From: an uncultured Chthonomonadaceae bacterium
Lineage (GTDB): Bacteria > Armatimonadota > Chthonomonadetes > Chthonomonadales > Chthonomonadaceae
DNA: 64,000 nt
Reading direction: 5' to 3'
Assembly (NCBI GenBank): GCA_963817895.1
Contig: CAWFQB010000002.1
Span: 608,001-672,000 of the forward strand
Below, one piece after another: positions 40,062-49,171 of this stretch. The notes beneath the pieces were generated by a model. It ran no database searches, was not told the origin of the DNA, and saw only the letters and a program-made list of their open reading frames with translations. Each line of letters opens with the position of its first letter. Positions within the stretch are counted from its first letter, which is position 1. A program made the translations under genes and the position numbers.

Positions 40062-41129
40062 TTAAATCTCGTCTTCGTCCTCTTCTTCGACTTCGGCGAG
40101 ATTGACGATGGGGACTTCCGCGCCCTTGTTGCGGATGCGGGCTTCGATCTCGTCCATCAACGGCTCGTTGTCTTCGAGGAACGCGCGCGCGTTTTCGCGG
40201 CCCTGTCCCAGACGAATCTCGTTGAAGGAGAAGTACGCGCCCGCCTTGTGGATGATGCCCAAATCCACGCCCATGTCCAGCATACTGCCCGAACGGCTGA
40301 TGCCTTTGCCGAACATGATGTCGAACTCGGCCTGCTTGAACGGCGGCGCGACCTTGTTCTTAACGATCTTCACCTTGACCCGCGCCCCGACCGCATCGGT
40401 TCCGTTCTTGACGGTTTCGGTGCGGCGCACTTCCATGCGGACGCTGGCGTAATACTTGAGCGCCATACCGCCACTCGTGGTTTCCGGGTTGCCGAACATC
40501 ACGCCAATCTTCTGGCGCAACTGGTTGATGAAAATGGCTGCCGTGTTGGTGCGGTTGATGCTGCCCGCCACTTTGCGCAGGGCTTGCGACATCAGGCGCG
40601 CGTGAACGCCCATGTGCGAGTCGCCCATGTCGCCTTCCAGTTCCGATTTGGGAACCAGGGCGGCAACCGAGTCCAGAACCACCACGTCTATCGCGCTCGA
40701 CCGGATCAGGGCGTCCATGATGTCCAGCGCTTCCTCGCCCGTTGTCGGCTGCGAGATGAACAGGTTGTCAATGTCCACGCCGAGGTTTTTGGCGTATTCC
40801 GGGTCAATGGCGTGTTCCACGTCCACATACGCGCACGTTCCGCCCTTTTTCTGCGCCTGCGCGATGATTTGCAGCGCAATGGTGGTTTTGCCCGAAGACT
40901 CCGTGCCGTAGATTTCCGTGATGCGTCCGCGCGGAACGCCGCCCACGCCCAGTGCCATGTCCAGCGCGATAGAGCCGGTGGAAATGGAGTCCACCTGCAG
41001 GCGCATGGATTGTCCCAGGCGCACGACGCTGCCCTTGCCGAATTGCTTCTCAATGCCTGACAGCGCCATATCCAGCGCTTTGGTCTTTTTCGCGTCCAAC
41101 TTACCAGTTGTTTCTTCTGCTGTTGCCAC
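40062..41129 (-). CDS. recA: Recombinase RecA
   Basis: [38 protein letters not shown] start with AAAGGA RBS. Confidence 0.99.
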   Translation of the reverse strand: MATAEETTGKLDAKKTKALDMALSGIEKQFGKGSVVRLGQSMRLQVDSISTGSIALDMALGVGGVPRGRITEIYGTESSGKTTIALQIIAQAQKKGGTCAYVDVEHAIDPEYAKNLGVDIDNLFISQPTTGEEALDIMDALIRSSAIDVVVLDSVAALVPKSELEGDMGDSHMGVHARLMSQALRKVAGSINRTNTAAIFINQLRQKIGVMFGNPETTSGGMALKYYASVRMEVRRTETVKNGTDAVGARVKVKIVKNKVAPPFKQAEFDIMFGKGISRSGSMLDMGVDLGIIHKAGAYFSFNEIRLGQGRENARAFLEDNEPLMDEIEARIRNKGAEVPIVNLAEVEEEDEDEI

Positions 41130-41269
41130 GTTGAGTGGTCCTTTCTTGTGCTTCGCCGAAGTTCTGACGAAGCGGGTCACGTGAGGACGCAGCGGCGTTC
41201 CACCTGCCGCCGCCCCCTTGCTGCCCGTACATGACTGCAGCGAGGGATGCGACGCGCGGGATGAAGAGA

Positions 41270-41342
41270 GGAAAAAGGAGAAAGGAGAAAGGAAAAAGCC
41301 TTGCTTATGTGGCTTTCTCCTTTTTCCTTTTTCCTCTCTCCT
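41270..41342. repeat. (GGAGAAA)n ... (TTTCTCC)n inverted-pair heptamer repeat
   Basis: Read directly from the sequence in the thpR-recA gap. Confidence 0.75.
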
Positions 41343-41405
41343 GCCTTCGGGAAACGCGGGTGGCCTCCGGTTTTAGCGCACAGGGTCAAACACTGTCAAA
41401 TCTGT

Positions 41406-42020
41406 CTACGTATTGTACTCGTTGCGCACACTAAAAGCAAATGATTTTACAATGGTGTACACGGCTCCCTCGCGCCGTAAATCGCTTTGCATCAGCACGC
41501 ACTCCCGCGCCGGAAAGACGCCCAATTCCGTCTGGAGATCGGAGTCGGCCTGCGCAAGGGGCAGATTTTTCGCTACGCTCTCCTCCCCATCTCGCGTTTT
41601 CATGCGGGCAAGGGTGATATGGGGAGTGTAGGGTTTGGTTTCTGCCGGGAAATCCCGCTTTGCGAGTTCTTCATTAAGATACTGCGCGGTCTGCTGCAAA
41701 ACCGGAACGCCTTCTGCCGCGCCCACCCATAAAACTTGCGGATTGCGCTGCCGGGGAAATACGCCGATATTTGCTATGCTCAAGTCCCACGGCGCAGACC
41801 GCGCCGCCACTTCTTCCACGCCCTCAAGGACGGACGGCAGTTGGCTATCCTCCACGTCACCCAAAAACTTCAGCGTGAAATGAAACTGTTCGGGCTTCGT
41901 CCAGCGGATACCCTCATCGCCCATAATGTCGCGTAGCCGTGTTTGAACCCGCTGCACTGCGTCGCGTATATCCTCCGGCAAGAGTAAGGCTACGAAAAGT
42001 CTTTTCATATCAGCCATCAT
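41406..42020 (-). CDS. thpR: RNA 2',3'-cyclic phosphodiesterase
   Basis: RLFVAL; two HxT motifs (HFTL, HITL); cinA/recA context. Confidence 0.93.
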   Translation of the reverse strand: MMADMKRLFVALLLPEDIRDAVQRVQTRLRDIMGDEGIRWTKPEQFHFTLKFLGDVEDSQLPSVLEGVEEVAARSAPWDLSIANIGVFPRQRNPQVLWVGAAEGVPVLQQTAQYLNEELAKRDFPAETKPYTPHITLARMKTRDGEESVAKNLPLAQADSDLQTELGVFPARECVLMQSDLRREGAVYTIVKSFAFSVRNEYNT

Positions 42021-42050
42021 GGAACTCGTTTATCATCCATATGGAAACGT

Positions 42051-42074
42051 CCGAACACCTGAACACCTGAACAC
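42051..42074. repeat. 8-bp repeat CTGAACAC x3
   Basis: Same family as 60149-60274. Confidence 0.65.
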
Positions 42075-42078
42075 CGTA

Positions 42079-42546
42079 TCAGTTTTGCGCCGGGTCGTGA
42101 CTGCGATAATACTCGAACACTTTGTCTATGCTGAACGTTTCCGGGTCTTTGGGAATAAACAGCACCGGGTTTGTCGGATCATAATCGAACGGAAGTTCCA
42201 TCATAATCACGTTCTCGCTGAACACCTTGTACCGCTTTTCCAGTTCGCCCAGACAGGCGAAAATCACGCCGTAAATCGTCGCGGTCAATATCCGCTCATC
42301 CGCCCGTTCGCCGGTCAGGGCATCTACCGCCACGCCGGACAGGACGCCGAGCAGGTTCAGCATGTCATCGCCCTTGCGCTGATTGGAACGCACCACGTCC
42401 AGCAGCAGGCTGTCGGGAAGCAGTTCCAGCGCCAGTTCCCACTGCGATTCCTGCGGTAGTTCCTCCACCTGTATCAACGCTTCACGCAACTGTTGCGCCG
42501 CCAAAATATCGGCATCGGCAAGGGTTATCTTCGGGTATCGCTTCAA
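42079..42546 (-). CDS. Hypothetical protein
   Basis: 155-aa ORF, AAGGAG RBS, TTG start. Confidence 0.7.
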   Translation of the reverse strand: MKRYPKITLADADILAAQQLREALIQVEELPQESQWELALELLPDSLLLDVVRSNQRKGDDMLNLLGVLSGVAVDALTGERADERILTATIYGVIFACLGELEKRYKVFSENVIMMELPFDYDPTNPVLFIPKDPETFSIDKVFEYYRSHDPAQN

Positions 42547-42562
42547 AACAGGCTCCTTGTGA

Positions 42563-42684
42563 GGTTTCAGGTGTCAGGTTCCAGGGGTCAGGAGTACGTT
42601 CTCTACTTTTCCTGATTTTTACAAGCAGGCCATCAGATACAAGGATGTATTACTCTGACACCTGACGCCTGAAACCTGAAACCT
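42563..42684. repeat. (GGTTTCA-type)n ... (CCTGANA)n inverted-pair heptamer repeat
   Basis: Read directly from the sequence; related to 17625-17650. Confidence 0.75.
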
Positions 42685-44044
42685 AACTCTTCTGTATTCT
42701 TTCCACATCGCGCTCTTCGGAACTACGCGAACCGATGCCGCGGACCAGTACCATGCTGCCCTGCGCGGTGGCATACAGGCGCGTGTCGTCGTCAACGGCG
42801 ATCACGCGCACTTCTTGCCCCGACGCATCCAGAAACGGCTCGTTCTGGAAGTTGGCGCGGACGGGATCGTATTGCAGCAGGGAAATCTGCCGCTCGATGC
42901 CTTTCAGTTTCTCGTAGGGCGTTCGCGCCAGATTGGAAAACACGCCGGACGCATAGCCGATGTTGGGATAGCTGCGCCCAAAACGATCACGCAGGAGGGC
43001 TTCCAGATTCTCATAGGCGCGCTCGGATTCGGCGCGTTTGGATTCCAGTTCACTGCCCTTGCTCTGCCACAGCGCCCGAACGCGCTCCAATTCCCGTTCC
43101 GTCTGTTCCTTATCGGCCTGCGCCTGTTGGCGGTCTTCTTCAGACAGTTCGCCGTTCAGTTTGTCCGCCGCCGATTGCGCCTTCAGTTCCCAATCCGTTT
43201 TCTGCTGCGACAGGTTGAATATATGCGCCGTTTGCAGGTCAATCTCCTCCTGCAATAATCGGGCGCGGCGTTGTTCGTCCTGAAATAGCGTTTCGTACTG
43301 CTTGAACGCCTCGCCCTTCACCATCCACGTATCCAGATCGCGTTTCAGCGCGGACGGCGACCAGTCGCGTTTTTCGCTTTTGGCCCGCTGTTCGGCCTCG
43401 GTTTTGATACGGCGAATCTCATCATCGGTTAGATGCTGATTGCTGCGTTTGGCTTCTAGAATGGCGCGGGCGGCATTCATCAGGCCATACGTCGCGCCGT
43501 ACACGACCGGAATAATGGCAAGCCCGCCGAACACCGGCACGAACAGTTTCACGCCCGCCGACATCAGTTGCAGCGCGAGGAAACTGCCGCCCAGAACCGC
43601 CAGAATGGATTTGTAGAGGTCGTTAGCGCCGCTCTTGTCCAGCGGCTGCCCCATCACCTGACTCATGGCGTACACACCCGCCACCTGAACAGGCGTCAAA
43701 ATCACCAAATCGGCCAGCGGTATCGGCTGAATAATCAAGACCGCGCACAGCAGCGAAGTGGCGTTGATGATAATAGTCAGTTTATCGCTCTCCGGTATGG
43801 AGGGATCGTCGGCAATCTGTTGCAGCAGGTCGCCCGTTGGCAGGCCCATTGGCGGTTGGTGACTGGTGGCTGGTGGTTGGTGAACGGCGTTGTTGCTTCC
43901 CTTCTCCTCTTCTCCTTTTCTCCTTTTCTCCTCTTCTGTATTTGCCACCGGTCGTGTCAGGGCGGAAATCAGGGACTCGGCTTCCTGCGCCGAGATTTTG
44001 CCGTCTTGCAGCAGTTGCAGCACCCGCATTACGTTATCGTCCAT
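42683..44044 (-). CDS. SHOCT-like + DUF697-like membrane region + coiled coil + putative RelE-like C-terminal domain
   Basis: RVLQLLQDGKISAQEAESLISAL; QPIPLADLVILTPVQ; long coiled coil; C-terminal RLY...GIGSRSSEERDVERI. Confidence 0.65.
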   Translation of the reverse strand: MDDNVMRVLQLLQDGKISAQEAESLISALTRPVANTEEEKRRKGEEEKGSNNAVHQPPATSHQPPMGLPTGDLLQQIADDPSIPESDKLTIIINATSLLCAVLIIQPIPLADLVILTPVQVAGVYAMSQVMGQPLDKSGANDLYKSILAVLGGSFLALQLMSAGVKLFVPVFGGLAIIPVVYGATYGLMNAARAILEAKRSNQHLTDDEIRRIKTEAEQRAKSEKRDWSPSALKRDLDTWMVKGEAFKQYETLFQDEQRRARLLQEEIDLQTAHIFNLSQQKTDWELKAQSAADKLNGELSEEDRQQAQADKEQTERELERVRALWQSKGSELESKRAESERAYENLEALLRDRFGRSYPNIGYASGVFSNLARTPYEKLKGIERQISLLQYDPVRANFQNEPFLDASGQEVRVIAVDDDTRLYATAQGSMVLVRGIGSRSSEERDVERIQKS

Positions 44045-44100
44045 AGTGGTTTGTCCTCTGTGTTTAAGAATGAAAACGAGTCGAACGTACTACGGCGCAA

Positions 44101-44796
44101 TTACGAATTGGGGTTCAAAACTCCTTTGTATTCTTTGCCCTGTATCCAGATAGGGTCATGCGTAATGTCAGGGTACTCTACCTCGAAATCGTCGGCAATG
44201 ATATAATCGTCCTCAGCTTGAAACAAAATGGGCAATGGTTTTCCCGGCACGGTTCTTGGTCCGTACCACGCAATGTTCAACTGATCCAGCGCATTACACA
44301 AAGCCATGTAGGTGGGACGCGGCAGCGAACCAACAGCAAAAGGCGGTTTTCGGCCCCATTTCGTAAACAAACTCTGAACCCCTCCGTCTTGTGCCAGCCG
44401 CCTGTCTTTCGCAATCACAATCCTGTCCAACTGCTGCGCTTGCTCGATGGAAACGGGATCATTGACGAACAGTTGGCCGGTGTTTTCAAAAGGCCACAGC
44501 AGCGGGTCATCAAATGAAAAACCCCAGTCTGTAACCAGCGAAACTACTCGCACATGCGCCTGAATCAGGCCAATTGGATAAACGGTAAATACAATTTTGG
44601 CTTCGTCCGGGTAATCAAAGAAAGGCTGCTCCTCGCGTTTGTACAGGGGATGCAGCCAAAACGGATAAAATCGCGCTCTGTAATAGCTGCTCTCCTGCGA
44701 TACAGTCCCATTGGAAACGATTTTGTACCCGGCGGCTTCCGCATCTACATGCCCAAAAAACAAATTCTGCACTTCGCGAAAATTGACGCGCGGCAT
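44101..44796 (-). CDS. Hypothetical protein
   Basis: 231-aa ORF, AAGGAA RBS. Confidence 0.7.
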   Translation of the reverse strand: MPRVNFREVQNLFFGHVDAEAAGYKIVSNGTVSQESSYYRARFYPFWLHPLYKREEQPFFDYPDEAKIVFTVYPIGLIQAHVRVVSLVTDWGFSFDDPLLWPFENTGQLFVNDPVSIEQAQQLDRIVIAKDRRLAQDGGVQSLFTKWGRKPPFAVGSLPRPTYMALCNALDQLNIAWYGPRTVPGKPLPILFQAEDDYIIADDFEVEYPDITHDPIWIQGKEYKGVLNPNS

Positions 44797-44813
44797 CAGC
44801 GTTTTCCTTTGGA

Positions 44814-45122
44814 TTATGTCTGTTGGTTACGATACCAGATGGTGTACACTGCCAACAGTTTATCTGCTGCTGCTTCACAATCTGTATGGCTGTGTGTCAT
44901 TCCCATTTGTCTGTTTTCGATTTCGCGCAGATGCGCTGCGAGACTTTCCCGCGTTGCGCCGGAAACAAGCAGCGAACAGATAGGCGGCGCGTAGCTGTCG
45001 TACTCGTCCATCGCGGCAGGATAGCCAAAAATACCAATCGGGTCCCAATCTACCAGCAGTATCAGACGTATGAAACCTTCCAGAGAAGCGAATTCCTTCC
45101 ACACTACTTTTACCTTGCGCAT
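44814..45122 (-). CDS. Small helical protein with WDPIG...DEYD motif (DUF1871-like)
   Basis: DWDPIGIFGYPAAMDEYDSY. Confidence 0.7.
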   Translation of the reverse strand: MRKVKVVWKEFASLEGFIRLILLVDWDPIGIFGYPAAMDEYDSYAPPICSLLVSGATRESLAAHLREIENRQMGMTHSHTDCEAAADKLLAVYTIWYRNQQT

Positions 45123-45204
45123 GGTTCTGTATATAATGACCCCAAGAATTCGGACAGTGGTTTAAGGTGGTGGCTGTGTCACAATAAACACAGGAGAACC
45201 CACT

Positions 45205-45495
45205 ATGTCTACCATCCGTAAACGCTATTCTGCCGAGTTCAAAGCAAAACTGGCTTTGGAAGTGGTCAAAGGCAACCACACTCTTGCCGAGATTGCCAGT
45301 GACGCGCAAGTGCATCCCAATCTGCTGATGCAGTGGAAAAAGCAACTGCTCGACAGTTTGCCTACGGTCTTTGCCGATAAGCGCGTCAAAGACACCAAAG
45401 ACCAGGAAGAGAAAGAAGCCCAACTTTACCAGCAGATCGGCCAACTCAAGGTTGAACTGGACTGGCTCAAAAAAAAATCAGGTCGCCTCGGTTGA
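45205..45495 (+). CDS. IS3 transposase OrfA (HTH)
   Basis: RKRYSAEFKAKLALE...LYQQIGQLKVELDWLKKK; A9 slippery site at 45469-45477. Confidence 0.93.
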   Translation: MSTIRKRYSAEFKAKLALEVVKGNHTLAEIASDAQVHPNLLMQWKKQLLDSLPTVFADKRVKDTKDQEEKEAQLYQQIGQLKVELDWLKKKSGRLG

Positions 45496-46324
45496 GACGC
45501 TGCGGCAGCGCGTGGAAGTCGGGCATCCGCATCTGAGCATTGGGCGTCAATGTGAACTGCTCGGTCTGTCGCGTTCCGGCTACTACTACCAGCCAACAGG
45601 TGAAAACGCGTTCAATCTGCTTCTCATGCAGCTCATAGATAAGGAGTATACCAAGCATCCATTCTTCGGCTACCGGAAGATGGTTCATGTCTTGCGCGAA
45701 GACGGGCATCTTGTCAACAAGAAGCGGATTGCCCGCTTGATGCAGGTTATGGGATTGCAGGCCATGGTTCCCGGCCCGAATACGAGCCGCCCGCATCCTG
45801 AAAATCCCATCTACCCGTACCTTTTGCGCGGCGTCAAGATAAACGCAGTCAATCAGGTGTGGAGTTGCGACATCACCTATATTCCCTTAGAGAAAGGATT
45901 TGTCTACCTGTTTGCCATTATCGATTGGTACAGTCGCTTCGTTCTGACGTGGCAATTGTCCAACACGCTCGACACGGCTTTTTGCTGCGAAGGACTGGAT
46001 CAGGCTCTGGGAAGCGGTAAGCCCATGATCTTCAATTCGGATCAGGGCGTCCAATTTACCAGCAAGGAGTTCACGGGTCGCTTGCTATCCGCCGACATTA
46101 CCATCAGCATGGATGGACGAGGCCGGGCGCTGGACAACATCTTCGTGGAACGCTTGTGGCGAACGGTCAAATACGAAGACGTGTATCTCAAAGGCTACGA
46201 AACGCCAAAAGCCGTGTACAACGGATTGCACAGCTACTTCCAGTTCTATAATGAAGCGCGTCCGCACCAAGCGCTGGCCTACAAAACACCAGCCCAAGTG
46301 TATCAACAAGCGCTCGGTTGCTAG
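45477..46324 (+). CDS. IS3 transposase OrfB (DDE integrase core), expressed by -1 frameshift
   Basis: WSCDITY, FNSDQGVQF, DNIFVERLWRTVKYE. Confidence 0.93.
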
Positions 46325-46409
46325 AGCAAAACAACCGATGCGGCGACCACCTTAAACATGACGAAAATTTGTCTTGACAAAGGGGGTCACTATAGTATTC
46401 CGGTAAACG

Positions 46410-46967
46410 TCAGTTGTAAAAGAGCGGGTCGGTAGTCGCGTAGCAGGCGAACATGATGGCGACATACTTTTGAAATACGTTGCGGTCGAAAACGTGTTTG
46501 CTGGCGTAGTTTCCGTTTGTTTCGATGCTGTGCAGCAGGTCCTCAAATATCACAGTTGTCAGCCTAATCGCGCTCATGGCGACGGCTGTAGGCGTGGTTA
46601 CGGGCGGCAACAGTTCATAACAGTACATCAGGGCAGGCTCGTTTTCGCCCGCTTCCTGATTGGCAATGGATTGGAACACGTTTACCTTCATGAACGCATC
46701 CAGACGGCAGCGGGGATGCCCTGTTACCAGTAAAATTCGCGCGATTTTACTGAATTCCTCAATGTCTAATGGCCGGTCAAGCACATTCAGAGCGTATATG
46801 TCGGCGCGTAGTTCACGACAGCGACGGCGCATATTGGCGCGGGCGTCGTTGATAATCTCCTGCATCTCCTCGCGTATAGGATCATCGGCGGGAAACAGAT
46901 CGAATGTCTCAAACGTCGTACGAATGACAGCGCAATCGTTGAGCATATCCTCCAGATTGTAATTCAT
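46410..46967 (-). CDS. Hypothetical protein
   Basis: ATG at 46967 overlapping the upstream TAA; about 185 aa, helical. Confidence 0.65.
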   Translation of the reverse strand: MNYNLEDMLNDCAVIRTTFETFDLFPADDPIREEMQEIINDARANMRRRCRELRADIYALNVLDRPLDIEEFSKIARILLVTGHPRCRLDAFMKVNVFQSIANQEAGENEPALMYCYELLPPVTTPTAVAMSAIRLTTVIFEDLLHSIETNGNYASKHVFDRNVFQKYVAIMFACYATTDPLFYN

Positions 46968-47251
46968 TATTCTGGTTCCTGCGCGGCTATTTCCTGCGCC
47001 ATTCGCCTGCAAACCTCAATTTCAATCACGAACAGTTCCTCTACAATGATTTTCTCATCCGCACCCTTTTGTCTCATTTGATGCGGAACACTACAATTAA
47101 CGGCTACTTTCCAGCCACGTTGCTTTTTCACTTTATCACGCAATTCAACACCAAACAGAGAACGTGGTTGCGCCTCAAAAAATTGCAGTCCGGCATAAAA
47201 AGCGTAAATCCACGTTTGCGCTGTAGTGCTGTTCACGTACCCAATATACAT
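46967..47251 (-). CDS. Hypothetical protein (xPxMYIG motif); 5' end uncertain
   Basis: Frame is open upstream (LDKIIEYFENVSKSPAMYIG) into the palindromic repeat with no ATG. Confidence 0.5.
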   Translation of the reverse strand: MYIGYVNSTTAQTWIYAFYAGLQFFEAQPRSLFGVELRDKVKKQRGWKVAVNCSVPHQMRQKGADEKIIVEELFVIEIEVCRRMAQEIAAQEPE

Positions 47252-47331
47252 CGCCGGAGATTTGGAAACGTTTTCAAAATACTCGATGATTTTGTCTAGA
47301 TGTTCGCAATTCTTGCGGCAGTCTCCTGTCA

Positions 47332-47456
47332 GCGCCTGCGCATCTTGTCTTGAACCATGATTTATGTGATTTTGATGATTACATGATTGGCCCGGTCTTC
47401 ATCATGGTAATCCTTTAATCCTGTAAATCATGGTTCAAGACAAGATGCGCAGGCGC
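47332..47456. repeat. GAACCATGATTT palindromic element, copy 3, with IR extended into cinA
   Basis: 33-bp perfect IR (47332-47364 / 47424-47456). Confidence 0.88.
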
Positions 47457-48682
47457 AGCATATTGAGGGCGGTTTGGGCGGAACGGGTGCGGACGATCTG
47501 CCGGGAACCGATGAAGTTGCACTTTTCCACGTCGCAGCCGTCCGGGTACGCGACCCCGATGTAGACCAACCCAACCGGCTTTTCGGGAGTGCCGCCATCC
47601 GGGCCGGCAACGCCCGTGATGCCGATGCCATACGTTGTGCCGAACCGCTTCCGCGCCCCTTCTGCAAGAGCCTGCGCCACTTCCGGGCTGACGGCTCCCA
47701 CGCGGGCAATCGTTTCGGCAGGCACGCCAACCAAATCCGTCTTTGCCTCGTTGCTGTACGCGACCACGCCGCCAATAAAAACTTTTGAACTGCCCGCCAC
47801 ATCGGTTATGCGCTGCGCCACCATGCCGCCCGTGCAGCTTTCCGCAGTGGCTACCGTGTGTTTGCTGTCGCACAGCAGGGTTACGACGGCTTTTTCTATC
47901 GGGTCGTCGTTTTCGCCATAAATCACGTTTCCCAATCGTGACCGCACCTGTTGCGCCCGTTCCACAATCATCCTATCCGCTTCGGCTTCGCTGTCCGCCC
48001 GCGCCGTCACGCGCAAATGAACCTCGCCCACTTTGGCGTATGGCGCGACAGTCGGGTTGGCGTCCAGCATCAGGTCTTTGATTTTGTCCTCGACCATGCT
48101 TTCGCCCATACCCGCAACCCTCAAGGTGAGTGAGCGAATCGTGCCGACATTACCCGTTTTTTCGCGCAAGTAGGGCATGACGATGTTATCCACGAGGGGA
48201 ATAAACTCGTTGGGCGGGCCGGGAAGGGCAATGCCGATTCGGTCCACGCCCCCAATTTTGTTCTCGAACAGCAGGCCGGGGGCCGTGCCGTTTGGATTGT
48301 CCAGAGCGCGACCGTTGACCGGGGCCATCGCCTGCCGCAGATTGCTTTCCAGCAGGGGCGTGTTGCGCAACGCGAAGAAATCCCGCAGTTTTTGCGCGAT
48401 AGCCTCGTCCATTTGCAGCGGATCGCCGAACGCTTCCGCCAAGCCGTCGCGCGTAATGTCGTCCATTGTCGGCCCAAGCCCGCCAATGGTAATCACGATT
48501 TCGGATTCGCTTAAAGCCTGCCGTAGCGCGGCCAGCAAACGCTCGTGATTATCCCCCACCGTTTGCCGCCGGTACACGCCGATCCCAACTGAGGACAGCG
48601 CCTTCGCCACATACGCCGCGTTGGTATCCACGATCTGGCCCAGCAGCAATTCTGTTCCCACCGATACGATTTCCGCCCGCAT
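47435..48682 (-). CDS. cinA: Competence/damage-inducible protein CinA
   Basis: VGTELLLGQIVDTN, GGLGPT, AESCTGG, ITGVAGP, KPVG. Confidence 0.97.
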   Translation of the reverse strand: MRAEIVSVGTELLLGQIVDTNAAYVAKALSSVGIGVYRRQTVGDNHERLLAALRQALSESEIVITIGGLGPTMDDITRDGLAEAFGDPLQMDEAIAQKLRDFFALRNTPLLESNLRQAMAPVNGRALDNPNGTAPGLLFENKIGGVDRIGIALPGPPNEFIPLVDNIVMPYLREKTGNVGTIRSLTLRVAGMGESMVEDKIKDLMLDANPTVAPYAKVGEVHLRVTARADSEAEADRMIVERAQQVRSRLGNVIYGENDDPIEKAVVTLLCDSKHTVATAESCTGGMVAQRITDVAGSSKVFIGGVVAYSNEAKTDLVGVPAETIARVGAVSPEVAQALAEGARKRFGTTYGIGITGVAGPDGGTPEKPVGLVYIGVAYPDGCDVEKCNFIGSRQIVRTRSAQTALNMLRLRILS

Positions 48683-48768
48683 AAGCCCCTCCTCTATTTC
48701 CCGTATAGTATTTGTTCCTATTTGTAGTGCGCCCATTATACGCGCCCGGTGAAGAGATTGCAAGGGGA

Positions 48769-48833
48769 GGTAGATAGGTAGATGGTAGATGGGTAGGGAT
48801 GTCTGTCTACCTATCTACCTATCTACCTATCTA
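48769..48833. repeat. (GGTAGATA)n ... (TCTACCTA)n inverted-pair repeat
   Basis: Read directly from the sequence in the divergent promoter region. Confidence 0.75.
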
Positions 48834-49002
48834 CTTCCTCACAAATGTGAACACGATAGCGCTTTCATTCGTCTTACGCTTATGCGTGACACTCCGGCAC
48901 AGGAGAGACAGAGTGACAGCGCGTGTCAGTTCAGGAAACACAACGCGCCCCTTCGTCCATTTTTTCGGCGAATTCAGAAAAATTTCAAAGAGAAGCAGGA
49001 TA

Positions 49003-49027
49003 GCAACGAATGGATGGCGAATACGTA
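49003..49027 (+). promoter_or_regulatory. Putative ECF-sigma promoter (GCAAC-N16-CGTA) upstream of the sigma factor gene
   Basis: AAC/CGT consensus with an A-rich upstream element. Confidence 0.4.
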
Positions 49028-49171
49028 TTGTGAATGTCTGCTTGCATACGCGCGACAACAGCCAGGCGAACAGGGAATGTTGGTACGGTCTGACTGCAAA
49101 ACACAGGCTTTGATCCCATTGGGTGAGCGCAATCGGATGAATCCAGGGGGTTGGAGAAACGTCGTTCGGCA

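Larger units (their letters stand above)
45132..46394 (+). mobile_element. IS3-family insertion sequence, 1263 bp, with 3-bp TSD GTA
   Basis: IRs TATAATGACCCC / GGGGTCACTATA with an internal GTTTAAGGTGGT box; GTA at 45129-45131 and 46395-46397; orfA/orfB. Confidence 0.92.

Noticed and set aside
40041..41060. 339-aa plus-strand ORF
   Set aside because: Antisense shadow of recA caused by codon bias
41130..41420. LexA/SOS box upstream of recA
   Set aside because: No GAAC-N4-GTTC or CTGT-N8-ACAG found by eye; only a weak TTGACA-N18-TAAAAC and a 10-bp direct repeat
42079..47330. Integron cassette array
   Set aside because: No integrase and no convincing attC (RYYYAAC...GTTRRRY) pairs seen
48836..49170. 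Riboswitch or ncRNA in the cinA-sigma intergenic region
   Set aside because: No recognisable conserved motif; an Infernal/Rfam scan would be needed
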